DNA of 63,985 bases, the filler included, from Octopus bimaculoides (taxonomy: Eukaryota): NCBI RefSeq assembly GCF_001194135.2. It is 5 parts of 5 records of this genome, joined end to end, with 100 filler letters (N's around TTAATTAATTAA, not from the genome) between each part and the next. Parts side by side here need not be neighbours in the genome. Positions count along the whole stretch, not along the records: positions 14,768 to 28,854 come from NC_068989.1; positions 28,955 to 49,004 come from NC_069004.1; 3 more parts are not named here. One strand, 5' to 3'. Position 1 is the first letter of the stretch; each line of letters begins with the position of its first letter. Of this stretch, positions 25,378 through 39,780 are shown one piece after another. The notes below the pieces were generated by a model, which was not told the origin of the DNA, did no database searches, and saw only the letters and a program-made list of their open reading frames with translations. The translations under genes were made by a program, and so were the position numbers.

Positions 25378-25802
25378 GGCGAAAGCTGTCAGGATTGTCA
25401 GCACATTGGGAAAAATGATTAGCAATACGTTTTTACATTCTGAGTTCAAATTCTGCCGAAGTCTACATTGCCTTTCATTCTTTCGTCGTCGATAAAATAA
25501 GTACAAGATGAGTAACGGGGTCGATGTAATCGCTTTACGCCTTACTCCCGAATTGCTGCCTTGTGCCAAAATTTGAAACCAACCTTATCACAACAGTAAA
25601 GGCGGCAAGCTTAGAGAATCGATGGCATATCGAGAAACAGGCTAAGTGTTATTTCGTCCATTTTTATGTTCTGAGTTCAAATTTCGCCGAGGTCAACTTC
25701 GGCCTTTCATCCTTTCGGGGTTGATGAAATAATTATCAATTGAGCACTGGGGTCGATGTAATCGTCTAATCCTCTACTCCGAAATGTGCCACAATTTCAA
25801 AC
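25378..25802 (+). mobile_element. Two tandem copies of SINE family C (ttctgagttcaaattcgccgaggtcaac..gcctttcatcctttcggggt)
   Basis: Copies at ~25378-25580 and ~25601-25802, both ending tgtgcca(a/c)aattt(g/c)aaacc. Confidence 0.82.
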
Positions 25803-25863
25803 CAACATTTATAGCTACAGTATAGACGCAAACGTTTTACATAATCTATTCCCCAAAACAGTA

Positions 25864-25905
<42 letters not shown>

Positions 25906-26525
25906 NNNNNNNNNNNNNNNNNNNNNNNNNNNNNNNNNNNNNNNNNNNNNNNNNNNNNNNNNNNNNNNNNNNNNNNNNNNNNNNNNNNNNNNNNNNNNNN
26001 NNNNNNNNNNNNNNNNNNNNNNNNNNNNNNNNNNNNNNNNNNNNNNNNNNNNNNNNNNNNNNNNNNNNNNNNNNNNNNNNNNNNNNNNNNNNNNNNNNNN
26101 NNNNNNNNNNNNNNNNNNNNNNNNNNNNNNNNNNNNNNNNNNNNNNNNNNNNNNNNNNNNNNNNNNNNNNNNNNNNNNNNNNNNNNNNNNNNNNNNNNNN
26201 NNNNNNNNNNNNNNNNNNNNNNNNNNNNNNNNNNNNNNNNNNNNNNNNNNNNNNNNNNNNNNNNNNNNNNNNNNNNNNNNNNNNNNNNNNNNNNNNNNNN
26301 NNNNNNNNNNNNNNNNNNNNNNNNNNNNNNNNNNNNNNNNNNNNNNNNNNNNNNNNNNNNNNNNNNNNNNNNNNNNNNNNNNNNNNNNNNNNNNNNNNNN
26401 NNNNNNNNNNNNNNNNNNNNNNNNNNNNNNNNNNNNNNNNNNNNNNNNNNNNNNNNNNNNNNNNNNNNNNNNNNNNNNNNNNNNNNNNNNNNNNNNNNNN
26501 NNNNNNNNNNNNNNNNNNNNNNNNT

Positions 26526-26890
26526 TCTACCGCGTGGTACCTTGGGCAAGTGTCTTCTATTATAGCCTTGGCCGATCAAAGACTTGTGATCTGGTAAACG
26601 GATCTGGTAGACGGAAACTGAAAGAAGCCTGTCGTTTATATATGTACATAAGTATGTATGTATGTGTATGTATATGTTTGTGTATCCGTGTTTGCGCCCC
26701 CCCAAAAAAATCGCTTGAAAGCCGATGCTGGTGCGTTTACGTACCCGCAACTTAGCGGTTCAGCAAAAGACACCGAAAGAACAAGTTTTGGAATAAGCTT
26801 ACAAAGAATAAGTCTTGAAGTCGATTTGCTCGACTAAAGGCGATGTTCCAGCATGGCCACAGTCAAATGACTGAAACAAGTAAAAGAAAA
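26526..26890 (+). mobile_element. SINE family B, head cut off by gap
   Basis: ccttgggcaagtgtcttctattatagcc..ggaaactgaaagaagcc..gactgaaacaagtaaaaga. Confidence 0.85.
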
Positions 26891-27996
26891 AAACAAAGCA
26901 AAAGAATATATATATATTGTATCTTTACTTACAAAAATTTGTATTTTCTTTATTGCTTCCCGAACTTCACCCACTTTACCCGAAACCTACAATAAAACTA
27001 TAGTGAGCAGAGAATTTTATTTCTCAACCAACAGCACCTCTTTTTTTCTCCTTATCAATTATTATACAAAATGCAATTTCTTTTTTTTTTTCTCTTGTTG
27101 ATACATGTATATGTATATGATGCGCCAACTTGCAAAACACACAAAAGAGTAAAACTAAAAATACAGGCAGAAACGAAGTTAAAAAAAAAAAAACTAAACA
27201 GAGACAGAGAGAAAGAAATTTGATATCAATTAAGTCAGCATGAATGTAAATAAATGCAAATGTAAGTTGTGTATGTAACCTCATGTATATGAATGCATGT
27301 CTTCAAATAGTAAGTTTACAAGTAGTCTTATATATTTATGATAGTTTTTTCAGCTCCATTTTTTTATCATTTTATCGCTCTATCGCTCTATCGCTCTACC
27401 GCTCACTCTCGCTATTAACACAGAGGACGATGGACAATACCCAGGCTTGAGTAAGACTGCACAAAATATATATATATATCTGTCTCTTCCGTTCCCTGTC
27501 TCTTTCACAAATATATAAATATGTATCTATGTGTGAGCGTGTGTAAGTGTGTATATATATGTGTATATATATATATATATATNNNNNNNNNNNNNNNNNN
27601 NNNNNNNNNNNNNNNNNNNNNNNNNNNNNNNNNNNNNNNNNNNNNNNNNNNNNNNNNNNNNNNNNNNNNNNNNNNNNNNNNNNNNNNNNNNNNNNNNNNN
27701 NNNNNNNNNNNNNNNNNNNNNNNNNNNNNNNNNNNNNNNNNNNNNNNNNNNNNNNNNNNNNNNNNNNNNNNNNNNNNNNNNNNNNNNNNNNNNNNNNNNN
27801 NNNNNNNNNNNNNNNNNNNNNNNNNNNNNNNNNNNNNNNNNNNNNNNNNNNNNNNNNNNNNNNNNNNNNNNNNNNNNNNNNNNNNNNNNNNNNNNNNNNN
27901 CATTTACATATGTACATATATACACAAACACACACATATATATATATATACATAATATGTATATATATAATATACATACATATACATACACACGCA

Positions 27997-28030
<34 letters not shown>

Positions 28031-28399
28031 GGCATACGTGCATACGTATATATTTATGTGTGATCAAATCTAACTAAACACATACGGAGAGACAGACAGT
28101 TAGAACGAATATGTGCGTGTATATACTTCGATATTGAAGGAATACAGGAATTTTATGAAAGATATCTGTTTATGCATTTCTACTCCACTTCTACTCCTGT
28201 TGCTCACACGTTTTCTTTCTCCATGAATATCTGTATGTACGTGTAAGTATATGTGTGTATGTGTGTGCGTGTGTGTATATGTATGTATGGATGTGTGTTC
28301 GTGTGTTGTTTATTTGTAGTGAAAGAAAAAAAAGCATAGATATAAAAATAATGATCTGCAAACACCATATATTTATTCATAAGTGGAAAAAGTAATAAC

Positions 28400-28481
28400 A
28401 GCACCAACAACAACAACAACAGCAACAACAACAACAACAACAATAATAATAATAATAAGGATAATAATAATAATAATAAGG

Positions 28482-28533
<52 letters not shown>

Positions 28534-28565
28534 TAATAATAATAATAATAATGATAATAATAATA
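28400..28565. repeat. (CAA)n/(TAA)n microsatellite
   Basis: Read directly. Confidence 0.93.
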
Positions 28566-28954
28566 TTGTCAGTACAAAGACAAGCATATTACTTTTTTTC
28601 CTCTTCCTTACATGTATACGTTTACAATATATTCAAGTAACGGGTGAGTGTGTGTTCTTATTTGTTATTTTCGTTTGTGTATGGGTGCGCATGCGTGCAT
28701 GTGTCAAAATACCTCTCTGTATGCTTGCATACATGTATGCTTGCATACATGTATGCATGTGCTTATAAATAAATAGATGCATATATATATATATATATAC
28801 ATGCATATATACATATATATGCATACATACATATATATATATACATATATATATNNNNNNNNNNNNNNNNNNNNNNNNNNNNNNNNNNNNNNNNNNNNTT
28901 AATTAATTAANNNNNNNNNNNNNNNNNNNNNNNNNNNNNNNNNNNNNNNNNNNN

Positions 28955-29019
<65 letters not shown>

Positions 29020-29066
29020 ATATATGTAAGTATGTATATATATGTATGTATATATGTATGGAAGTG

Positions 29067-29107
<41 letters not shown>

Positions 29108-29766
29108 ATGCATGTAAGTATGTATATACGTATATATATATATATGCATATGTATACATATGCATATATTTATATATACACATGCATATACACATATATA
29201 CATATATATATATATTCATATGCATATATTCTTATTTGGATGTATGCATCTATGCATATATGTATGTACGTATGTACGTACGTAGGAATGTTTTCTTTCT
29301 GATTTTAATTTTGAATAGATTTTGACCAGTCACCTACTTGGAAAGCGTCTTGTTTTCTTCATCTTCTTTTAAATCTGAAGTTCTTGCAGCTTTTTATAAT
29401 CCCAGACATCGCAATAATGTATGTGTGCGTGTGTATGTATGTATGTATGTATGTATGTATGTATGTGAAGATGAAAACAAAAGTTCATGGATAGTGTCAT
29501 TGGTTTGTGCTGCAAAATTTTAGTCATGGCTTATGTGCAAGATTCTTAAGCTCGCATCTTGTTGCGAAAAGCGTTGTAGTCGGTTTGGAATGTATCTATC
29601 TTGGAGGAAAAAAACTACTATTCAAAGAACGAAGGACAGAATAAAGTTTCCGCTGGTATTAAAATTACAGTTTCTAAAACTTCTGTCACATACATCTGGC
29701 CGGCATATTAGCTTAAACTTCTCGCGTAAGGACCGCAAGCACACATACATATATACATACATACAT

Positions 29767-30025
29767 TAACTGGCACTCCGTCGGTTACGGCGACGGCTCT
29801 AGTTGGTCAGATCAACGGAACAGCCGGCTCGGAAATTAACGTACAACTGGCTAAGCGCTCCACAGACACGTATACTCTTAAAGTAGTTCTCAGGGAGATT
29901 CGGCACGACATAGAATGTTTGAAATACGGGGCCGACTCATTTTTGGCAGCTGAGTGAACTGAAGTAATGTGAAATAAAGTGTCTTGCTCAAAGACACAGC
30001 GCCTCGCCGGGAATTGAACTCACCA
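29767..30025 (-). mobile_element. SINE with family D body and family A-type tail
   Basis: Body as in 8590-8902; tail ..gatctgaccaactagagccgtcgccgtaaccgacggagtgcca as in family A. Confidence 0.78.
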
Positions 30026-30209
30026 ACAGTAAACAACATGAAATACGAAAACAAATGTGTTCAATACGCAATCAACTAGAGAACCAAATGGAAAAGAGGG
30101 CAAGTAACATAAAGAACGACCCTTCATCAGTTGTCGGTTGTCTACCTACTCCTCATTTCGAGCAGACTGTTTTATTAACACATATATATAGATATGCACA
30201 CACACACAC

Positions 30210-30240
<31 letters not shown>

Positions 30241-31439
30241 TGTATGTATGTATGTATATATTATGTATGCAAGTATGTATATGTAACATTTGATATAGTA
30301 TTTAAACAAGAGCTAGTAATAGTAGCGCTTATTCGAATGCTATGTGTATGAAATATTTCTCTCTCACTGGATGGAGTACGTTTTTGTTGACTCGAACTAT
30401 AACGGAATAGTAAACTATACACATATATGTGTGTGCGTATGTGTGTGGGCGTGTATGTGTATGTGTTTTCGTGCGTACACATGCATATATGGGGAGAGAG
30501 AAAGAAAGAGTTCGATAACCGACTCCACTATTCTTTATGCGTGATCGATACTTTACATATCGTTCCCATAACAACTAAATGGTAGGTTTGGACTCAGAAT
30601 ACATAAAACCGTTTCAAAAACCGTAAAATGTACAATCTCACGTTCTTAGGACCCCGGCAATCTGCCGCCAGTGTGGCGTTTAATCCGACCACAAATATGT
30701 CTTTACAATCATTCCAATATTCTATTCTCATTCTGTAATAATCCAAAATATATAATTTATAATTTCATATGAAAATATCTACAAAAAATATTCTTTGTTT
30801 TTTTTTCTTTTATTTTCCTCTTTTTATCCATCCTTTCTCGATATATTTTATTTAATTTTATTTATATTATCAAGCTTCAGGGTTTTTTGTCTCCATATTT
30901 CTTTCAATATTTGCATAGAGTTTTTATATATACCGATTCATATTATTATATATATATATACAAGTAAATATACATATTTATTTATTGCATATATATCTGT
31001 ATCAACAAAAATTTTTATTTAGCAATTTCAGAGTTACATGCCTTTTCAGTAAAACTACTGACGCCTATAACAATTGACGTTGTAATACTAATGAATTATT
31101 CATATCATAATTAAAGAAATATTAAAAAGAACCGCTATATACTGTATTGATTCAATGTGTGAGGTTCCAAAGTTATATATATAGAAATAAATTATAATCT
31201 TTCAAATGTAAGAAGTAAGAAATAGCAAAATTGTACTTATTTGGCATGTGATTTGGTTTACAATCAATTATATAGGGCAAGGTAGTTGGCAGCCGTTTAA
31301 AGCATATATGCCATTATTTACACGAGTTTATGTTAGATATAAATTTCACAGCATTTAGTCAGGTATTTCGAAACTGCATAATAGACACTCTATCTTACAC
31401 TTTTCGCCACATATTACAATATGATATATATTACAGTGG

Positions 31440-31590
31440 CTATATGGCAAGAAGCTTGCTTCTCAACAACATGGTTCGGGGTTCAGTCCCACTGCGTGGC
31501 AACTTCAGTAACTGACTTCTACTATATCCACGAGCCGACCAAATCTTTGTGAATGGATTTGGTAGACAGAAACTGAAAGAAGTCTGTCGT
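31440..31590 (+). mobile_element. SINE family B 5' half
   Basis: catggttcggggttcagtcccactgcgtggca..gaaactgaaagaag. Confidence 0.8.
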
Positions 31591-34500
31591 ATATATGTAT
31601 ATGTTTTTCGTCATCACCCAAACCTACACTCACACCACATAACCACAAGTGGATTATTGACGATATTTTTCTCACTTTCCTCCTTCTTCCCTTTCAACAT
31701 TCTTGTTTTTTTGCTGTTTCCGAAGAAGAGGTATGCTCGAAATGTAAAACAACAAATCTTTTCCTTCTCCGAGTGTCCTATTAATACATCGTTTGTGCTA
31801 CGTCCTCTTATTGTTTTTTCTGTCTTTTGAATTANNNNNNNNNNNNNNNNNNNNNNNNNNNNNNNNNNNNNNNNNNNNNNNNNNNNNNNNNNNNNNNNNN
31901 NNNNNNNNNNNNNNNNNNNNNNNNNNNNNNNNNNNNNNNNNNNNNNNNNNNNNNNNNNNNNNNNNNNNNNNNNNNNNNNNNNNNNNNNNNNNNNNNNNNN
32001 NNNNNNNNNNNNNNNNNNNNNNNNNNNNNNNNNNNNNNNNNNNNNNNNNNNNNNNNNNNNNNNNNNNNNNNNNNNNNNNNNNNNNNNNNNNNNNNNNNNN
32101 NNNNNNNNNNNNNNNNNNNNNNNNNNNNNNNNNNNNNNNNNNNNNNNNNNNNNNNNNNNNNNNNNNNNNNNNNNNNNNNNNNNNNNNNNNNNNNNNNNNN
32201 NNNNNNNNNNNNNNNNNNNNNNNNNNNNNNNNNNNNNNNNNNNNNNNNNNNNNNNNNNNNNNNNNNNNNNNNNNNNNNNNNNNNNNNNNNNNNNNNNNNN
32301 NNNNNNNNNNNNNNNNNNNNNNNNNNNNNNNNNNNNNNNNNNNNNNNNNNNNNNNNNNNNNNNNNNNNNNNNNNNNNNNNNNNNNNNNNNNNNNNNNNNN
32401 NNNNNNNNNNNNNNNNNNNNNNNNNNNNNNNNNNNNNATACATATATATAATTGTATAAAATAATAATGTATAAGAGTAAAATTGTATTGTAATTTGCCT
32501 CAGGTACTGCAATATGTTGAAATAATATAAACATCTCAAAAACCTTTGAGCAGCTAAGTTGCCATCAATTAACGAAAGCAACGAAAATTATTGAATGTTA
32601 TGTGTTGTATGATGATCGTATGTTTAGGAAAATGTTTTCCGTTTTCAAATAACCTCCAAAAGTTCGTGGAAATGCTTTGCTAGCAGCAGGAAATTCTACA
32701 ATGACCTTATCTACAGATTCTCATTATTTTCTATCTTCAGGCTGAGTTGAGAAATATTTCTCAAAATCTAGAATTAATAAACAACTTTTGTAAGGTAATA
32801 TAATCTTTTCACCTTGTTCTTCATTGACGTCTTCTTATATATTTTGCCTAACATCTCAACTACATTGCTTAACGCTTTTATCCAAACATGTATATAATTT
32901 ACTGTATATATTCGTTACACAGTACGGTGCGGGTGCATTTTGGCCGCAAGTTTAATAGGTTTTAGCAACAAAAGATATACGATGTTATATATATAGTTTT
33001 GTCAATTTTGAGTCACACCGGTAAAAGTATTTATTTTACATCTTTCTAAGTTTCTAAATTCTTATGACGTAACCAACGTACAATTCCTGCTGGTAACAAC
33101 TAAGCTTCTAAAGTGGTTGGAGAAAAAAATCGAAGAATTGCTTCAGTAGAGTTGCAAAACGTTTATCATGTTTATAGACGATGTAGGTCTCAGTCACACA
33201 AGTATCTCTTCGGCTTTTTAACCTAATATTCTACATGATATTATTTATGACTATATCTGCTTCGAGTTCCACCGTTAAAAATTGATATACACACTCATAC
33301 ACATATACATACATACATACTTACATACATACATATATATATATACATACATATAAATGTATATAATCACAAAGTCTCGGCAGCCACATTTAATTTTTAC
33401 AGCCAAGCCTGACAAGCAACAACACTGGAAAATTGTAAAGATACGTAGAATATTTCCCAGCTTTCAAATTTGTCGTGCTCTAGTATTTCTAGAGTCCATA
33501 ATTACATATATAAAATGAAAACTGTTTTGAATAATTCATGAGACCTATATGCATTTTCGAAAAAATATTACATTACATTTGTACAAAATTAAATAGTTTT
33601 TGCTTTCTATCATACGTATGTCTGAGAGTGTATATGTGTGTATGTGTGTGTGAGTATGTGTGTGTGAGTATGTGTGTGTGTGAGTGTGTACATATGTGTG
33701 TATATGTGTGTGTGTGTTTATGTATGCATTTACGTTATATGTTTGCATGTATGTATTTACGTTATATGTTTGCATGTATGTATCTGTTCGCACAAGTAAT
33801 TATATGAGAGATGGTATTAAAATAACCATATGGATGTTTTATTATTATCAAGAACTGTGCATTTGGCTTTGATATTCCTTTTACAGATAACCCTTTCGCT
33901 GTGAACAATTTTCATAGAATAAATAGATAAAGCATTTTACTTCTGTTAAAATTATCACCTTTATTTGAAATAAAATTGTATGATCTGTATAAAAATGTAG
34001 GCCATGTATCGAGCTTTTATGTTGAAAGATTAAAATAACTGACAAAATGATCCAGAAAAACAAACATACTATTGCTGTAAGTGTTTCGACAATATTCAGA
34101 TAACCTTTACCAAAATCAGAACCATTCCTGCCGCAAAAATCCAAATCCCAGTAGTGATTAAGTAGTTGTATGGTGTCAACTTAATGTGACAGTCTCCTGA
34201 AGGGAATAATACTACAGTTGGTTGGACGTAGGAAGCTGCACCGCTTCCTGTCGGCCTTGACACTTTTCCTGTGTCCTTACGTTTACGAGGGGGAGACAAG
34301 CACCTCCACCCAGCTAAGCTCTGCATCCAGAGACAGGTTTCTGAGTCTTTGCTCGTCATCAGTAGTGATTGTTCCTACAAAATAAAAAGGCATCACAATT
34401 ATATTTAGAAACAAATTGTTTATCCTAATCTTCGATCTGTGATAAAATCCGCACCACATGATCGAATCTAACAATCTTTACTCCTTCGGTTAGTCTTGAT

Positions 34501-35157
34501 TGTGTAGAAAATCTCTCAAAAAAAAGAAAATACTACAAAAGACAACGAAGAATTTGTCTCAAAGGTATTCGAGCAAAAGCCAACACTATTCTATCGGTTG
34601 AAACTTAATTGTTTGGCAAGAAAACTCGGTCTCTATAAAAGCACCATTGAAATCTTTGGACCCCGACTCAAATACAATTACCTCATCTAGACACAATTGG
34701 CACCAAATCTGAGAAATGTGTGTATGTGTGTGTGTGTGTGACTGTGTCTGTGTCTGCGTGTCTGTGAGTCTGTGTTTTTATGTGTTTGGGTATGTGTGCG
34801 TGTGTGTATTAAATATATCAAATGTGTGGTAAGATATTTGTTTTCCAATCTCAGGGTGTCGGCTTAAATTCGACCCATGACACCTTGGTCGAGTTTCTTA
34901 TACTATAGCCTCGATCCGATCAAAGCCGTCTAAGCTGATTTGGTAGACGGAATATGAGAGAGGCTTGTCATATATACCATATTCTGCCCCATCTCCTTTT
35001 AGTATTAAGTATTAGCAACAGAGATTGATGCATATTTGTTACTATTATATCTAAAGCCGCATGCTGTTCAGGATTCTTTTATGTGGATCTATGAATAGCC
35101 ACCATTGATCAACATTTATGATCTTCGCCGTGTATTTCTCATCACCTGAAATACAGG

Positions 35158-35290
35158 TGCTACTCATTTTTGCCAGCTGAGTAGACTGGAGCAACGTGAA
35201 ATAAAGTGTCTTGCTCAAGGACACCACGCGTCGCCGAGAATCGAACGCATGATCGTGAGCCGAATTCCCTAACCACTAAACCACGCGCCT
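35158..35290 (-). mobile_element. SINE family D 5' part
   Basis: gccagctgagtagactggagcaacgtgaaataaagtgtcttgctcaagg..aaccactaaaccacgcgcct. Confidence 0.82.
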
Positions 35291-35924
35291 TCACTATTTT
35301 ATACATTATTAAATGTATCAATTAAAGAAATAGTCATAAATTTTCTTTTAGTCGTCAATGTTGGTTTGAATACGCAACAGTTGGCTATTGTCCAATTTTA
35401 TTTATTTTTATCATTGACTATCATTTCTGCAGTATGAGTTTAAATATTTACAGAGTGTTCCGTAAGAAAAGTGTCTTCAGCCGTAATAACAATCATAAAG
35501 CTACTATCGTTTTCATTTCAAACGTCAGTGTAATGTATTTGATTAAACATTTAAACGAACAAAGCAGCTTTATAATTTCATCGCAATGACACGCTATTCT
35601 CCTGAAGGTGATACAACTACAACTGACAAAAGACCTGTTAAAATGGCTACTTGGTGGCTATTAATTAGGTTATGCTAGCGAGTAATAGATTGTAATTGAA
35701 AGAATCCATATCGATGTGATATGGTTGTTTAAAAAAAAATATACACAAAATAATTTTTATAAACTAGAATTTATTACAGAGGAAAATTAATAATGTCTAT
35801 TTTAATTTAGAAAGTCGAAAAATTAAAATCGTACAAGAAAATGAAATTTTAAAAAAATTGAATGAAATATTTTTTTATCGTTTACCAGTCTCAGTCATTG
35901 GACTGCGACCATGCTGGGGCACAG

Positions 35925-36264
35925 TCTTGAAGGGTTTTCGTTGAACAGGTCAATCCCGCTAGTTATAGTCTAAGTTTCACACTTACTCTACTTATTCTAT
36001 CAGTGTTATTCGTCGAGTTGTTATGTTACGAGGACGTAAGCAAACCAACACTGGTTGCCGAGCGGTGGTGGATTCAAAGGCAAGCACTAAGACACACACA
36101 CACACACATACGCACAGATATATACGCTCGGCAACCAGTGTTGGTTTGCTTACGTCCTCGTAACATAACAACTCGACGAATAACACTGATAGAATAAGTA
36201 GAGTAAGTGTGAAACTTAGACTATAACTAGCGGGATTGACCTGTTCAACGAAAACCCTTCAAGA
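35925..36264. repeat. Perfect 140-bp inverted repeat (35925-36064 / 36125-36264) with 60-bp spacer
   Basis: Arms compared base by base with no mismatch; the ORF track shows mirror-image peptides on both strands. Confidence 0.97.
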
Positions 36265-37374
36265 TTGCACCTAACTGAATATCTAAAAAAAAAAAAAAGC
36301 AGAAAATTATATTCAATTTACGTTGTGACTTTTTCTGGCACGCGTCAAATGATATACAGCCAAAATTATTGTATACGTGATCATCTCGACATTTTAATGG
36401 GGTTTAGTGTATCTAGGACTATACAATCTAATGTAAAGCCGTTTTGAATAATCAGAGTTATTGGTATTTAATTGTCTTAGTAAGCGCAGCTCTTTCGAGA
36501 TCGGCATAATGTTGCTTCTCTTTAGCATAAAGGAAATTGACGAAGTAGAAATGACAATTAAATACTTAACTAAATAGAATATTAATCGAGACAGATAACC
36601 ACACACGCCCTACGCTTATATGCATATATAATTTTCAGCATTCATCACAGGCCCGCGTATACTTACGTATCCACAATACATAGGCAAGCGAGCGCGCAAA
36701 CAGCCCTTGATCTATGCATGTTCCTTTCACACACACATCAAGGACACTGACACGACCACGATGTATACTCACATACACGCTCACGCATACGCAAACACTT
36801 AGAAACACACACACACACGCGCGCGCATGTATAAGTATATATCTATCTGGTACCCTCATGTATTCCACGTGCACACCTCACATACACCTAAAATCTGACA
36901 CACACCTAAAGCCGCATGCACTTTCAGTCACATGACAAACGCATACGCATTAACAAATGTGCATGTGCACACCAACCAACATCGCTAAACGCTTATATGC
37001 ACGAAGCAAACAAAAACGGACGCTCACACGTACACACCGTAACACATCCGTACACCGTTGTACAAACAACACACATACATACATCACTTCCTATACTAAC
37101 TTTAAGAACCATGTTCACAACTATATATGCACATCCAGGGTCTAGAGGTTAATCAAAAATCATTATCTCCCTTGACTGACCTTTTCACTTAAAATGTAAT
37201 ACAATTTACGGCAGCCATTACTTGTTTTAAAATACCATCTGTAAAAAACACGTGATATTTTCTTAAATAATATTCCGTCTAAATTAAATTTTTCTAATAC
37301 ATACTCATTCCTGAAAACACACTATACATTGTACACCCAAAATTGTAATTAAAATTGAACGCACTCTAAGTCTT

Positions 37375-37375
<1 letters not shown>

Positions 37376-37465
<90 letters not shown>
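37376..37465. repeat. Pure (CA)n tract of ~90 bp
   Basis: Read directly. Confidence 0.97.
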
Positions 37466-37470
<5 letters not shown>

Positions 37471-37699
37471 ATATATTGTGAGTGTGTCGCATAATACACC
37501 ACGAGATATATGCCAATATGCACATACACACATACTACTATTATATACACCCATAGGCATTCACACGTCCTGCTCACGCACGTACGTGAACATATCTCCA
37601 GACGCAGTACAAGCAACGCAACACACACGCCCATACGACAGATGGTTAGTTTGCTTTGACCTTTAGTTTCTAGCGTTATTAGCATGGGTGCCATCACGA

Positions 37700-37960
37700 C
37701 ATACTGTATGTTTGGATTTCTCCAGCTGTTGCGACTGTTTGCCAGAGCTCCAGTTCGCACTAATAGTATGCTTATCCACTCCTTGACATTATTTCTCCAT
37801 CTTTTTATCTGTCTGACTCAGCTTCTTTCTCTGACCACACTTCTTTAGAGAATCGTCATTGCAAGGCCGCCTGATGTTTTTTTTTTACATGCTTATACCA
37901 TCTCCGCGTTGATTTCTTCCTGGTTTTGAAGTGTTCATGAGAACCACTTCATGATTTCGT
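37700..37960 (-). mobile_element. RTE-clade LINE 3' fragment, degraded
   Basis: Manual translation RRWYKHV..SGGLAMTIL*..RQIKRWRNNVKEW..LANSRNSWR matches the RTE C-terminal pattern (RW.GHV.R..GLAKTILQG..RQ.KRW.DN.KEW). Confidence 0.75.
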
Positions 37961-39277
37961 GAGCTGTTTCATTTGTGACATGATCGAAGTACAAGTTGGA
38001 GTAGCAATACATTTTCAACGCCCGTACTTTTGTCTGCAGTGGACTTCAAGTTTTGGCTTCGGTGCAGAAAATGGAAAAAACCAGTGTATGCAGACAACAG
38101 ATTTTACTTTTCAAGTTAATGTTCGTATCTCTCCATTTCACGATGAGATTTATTTATTCATATTTTTCTGTCCTATTATTATCATAATGCTTACAGAACA
38201 TTCATGTCATGATTCATTGTTAATAATGACTTTCAAATATTTGAACTTCTGCCCTGTCTCTAGTTTTTGTCCTTATGATGAAACGTTTTCATAAACTCGG
38301 GCGTTTTAGCGCGGATTTACATTCAGAACTTGATGGAAGCGCTATCAAGGTGGCTAATACAATCGATTCCTCCTCCTTTCTTGTCAGTCGATGAAAATCA
38401 TGAATATAGTTCAAATTTTTGATGCTCCTCCCTTCGGCGCTGACTATCCACACACACTCTTCTAGAGCACAACAGAGAGAAGAATAAAGTATATTAATAT
38501 CAACTATGAAATTAATTAGGAAATAAGAAATGACAAAAGTGAAACTGATAACAGGAAAATATGAAGATATGAAAACAGTCTTTTCATTAAGCAAACAAAT
38601 AAATATTCCAACAAGTAATGGACTTCATCAACCATTCCAGCTACAGATAGAAAATAAATCGAGAAAATAAGCCTCGGTCCAACATCTCCGATGCTTACCT
38701 GCCTACGTACATATGTTAGATAAGGGGCTGGGGGCACTGTGGCTGCATAACCAGCTTTGGAGTGAGAGAACAGAAACGTGCAACCTGGGAAATCTCATGA
38801 AAACATTTTATGAACTGAGATTACCGCGTAAATTAGTTTTTATGAGATCAGATGTAGTTGAATGAAGTGGTTATATGGTAAAATCAATGGGCATTATATT
38901 AATATGGATGATATGATAAAGTCAATCGATATGATATTTATATGGAAGATATCATAAAGTTAATCGATATCATATTAATATAAAAGTTCTGATAAGGTCA
39001 ATCAATAATATATCAATGTTATTATGATTGAAGATATCTTGAAAAGGTTCCACGCAAAGAGTTTGTTGGGATAATAGATTTGTCAGGAGAAATAGAATGG
39101 TTTTGTTGTTATATCATAGAGTTAGTCGATAATATATACATAGCAGAGCGGATAAGCGTAGAGTACAGAGTACAGTTGAAAGAATTATGATGTCTGGATT
39201 ACATAATAAAACGTTAGGATTAGAGTTATAGAAAGGGTTAAACGCTCGGTTAAGGACGTAACTTGTTTGTAACCGCT

Positions 39278-39780
39278 TCACCTTATTCGTTTCCGCCATT
39301 GCACTGCGACCGTACTGGGGCACCACTTTAAATGCTTTTAGTGCAACAAATTCAACTCAGTATTTATACTTTTTGTCTTTTTCTATTTTTGTTTGTTAGT
39401 CGGTTACATATTATATCGCTTTGTTTTACCGAACAGCTAAGTTACAGGGGTGTAAACATGCCAGCACCGATTGTCAAATGGTAGGTATGACAGACACAAC
39501 AGACACGGGCATAAAGACACACATACAAACACACACAAACACTCACACGCAAACACATACACACACACACACGCATACATGCACACACTCACATACACAT
39601 ACACATATATTAAAATGTTCATATATACGACAGGCTTTTTTCGGTTTCCGCTTGCCAAAATCACTCAGAAGGCATTAGTGAGCTTTCAGCTATAGTAGAA
39701 AGGTATCCATAAGTTACTGCGCAGTGGGACTGAACCGGAAGCCAGGTGGGTGAAAAGCGAGCTTCTTAAAACACATAGCC
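39278..39780 (-). mobile_element. SINE family B, diverged full-length copy with expanded central microsatellite
   Basis: Head and tail similarity to the 63083-63471 copy. Confidence 0.8.

Noticed and set aside
34325-34370. Minus-strand CTGATGA..GAG-CAAAGA-CTC..GAAAC-CT-GTC hammerhead look-alike
   Set aside because: The required G10.1-C11.1 pair is replaced by C/A and stem I cannot form; probably chance or fully decayed.
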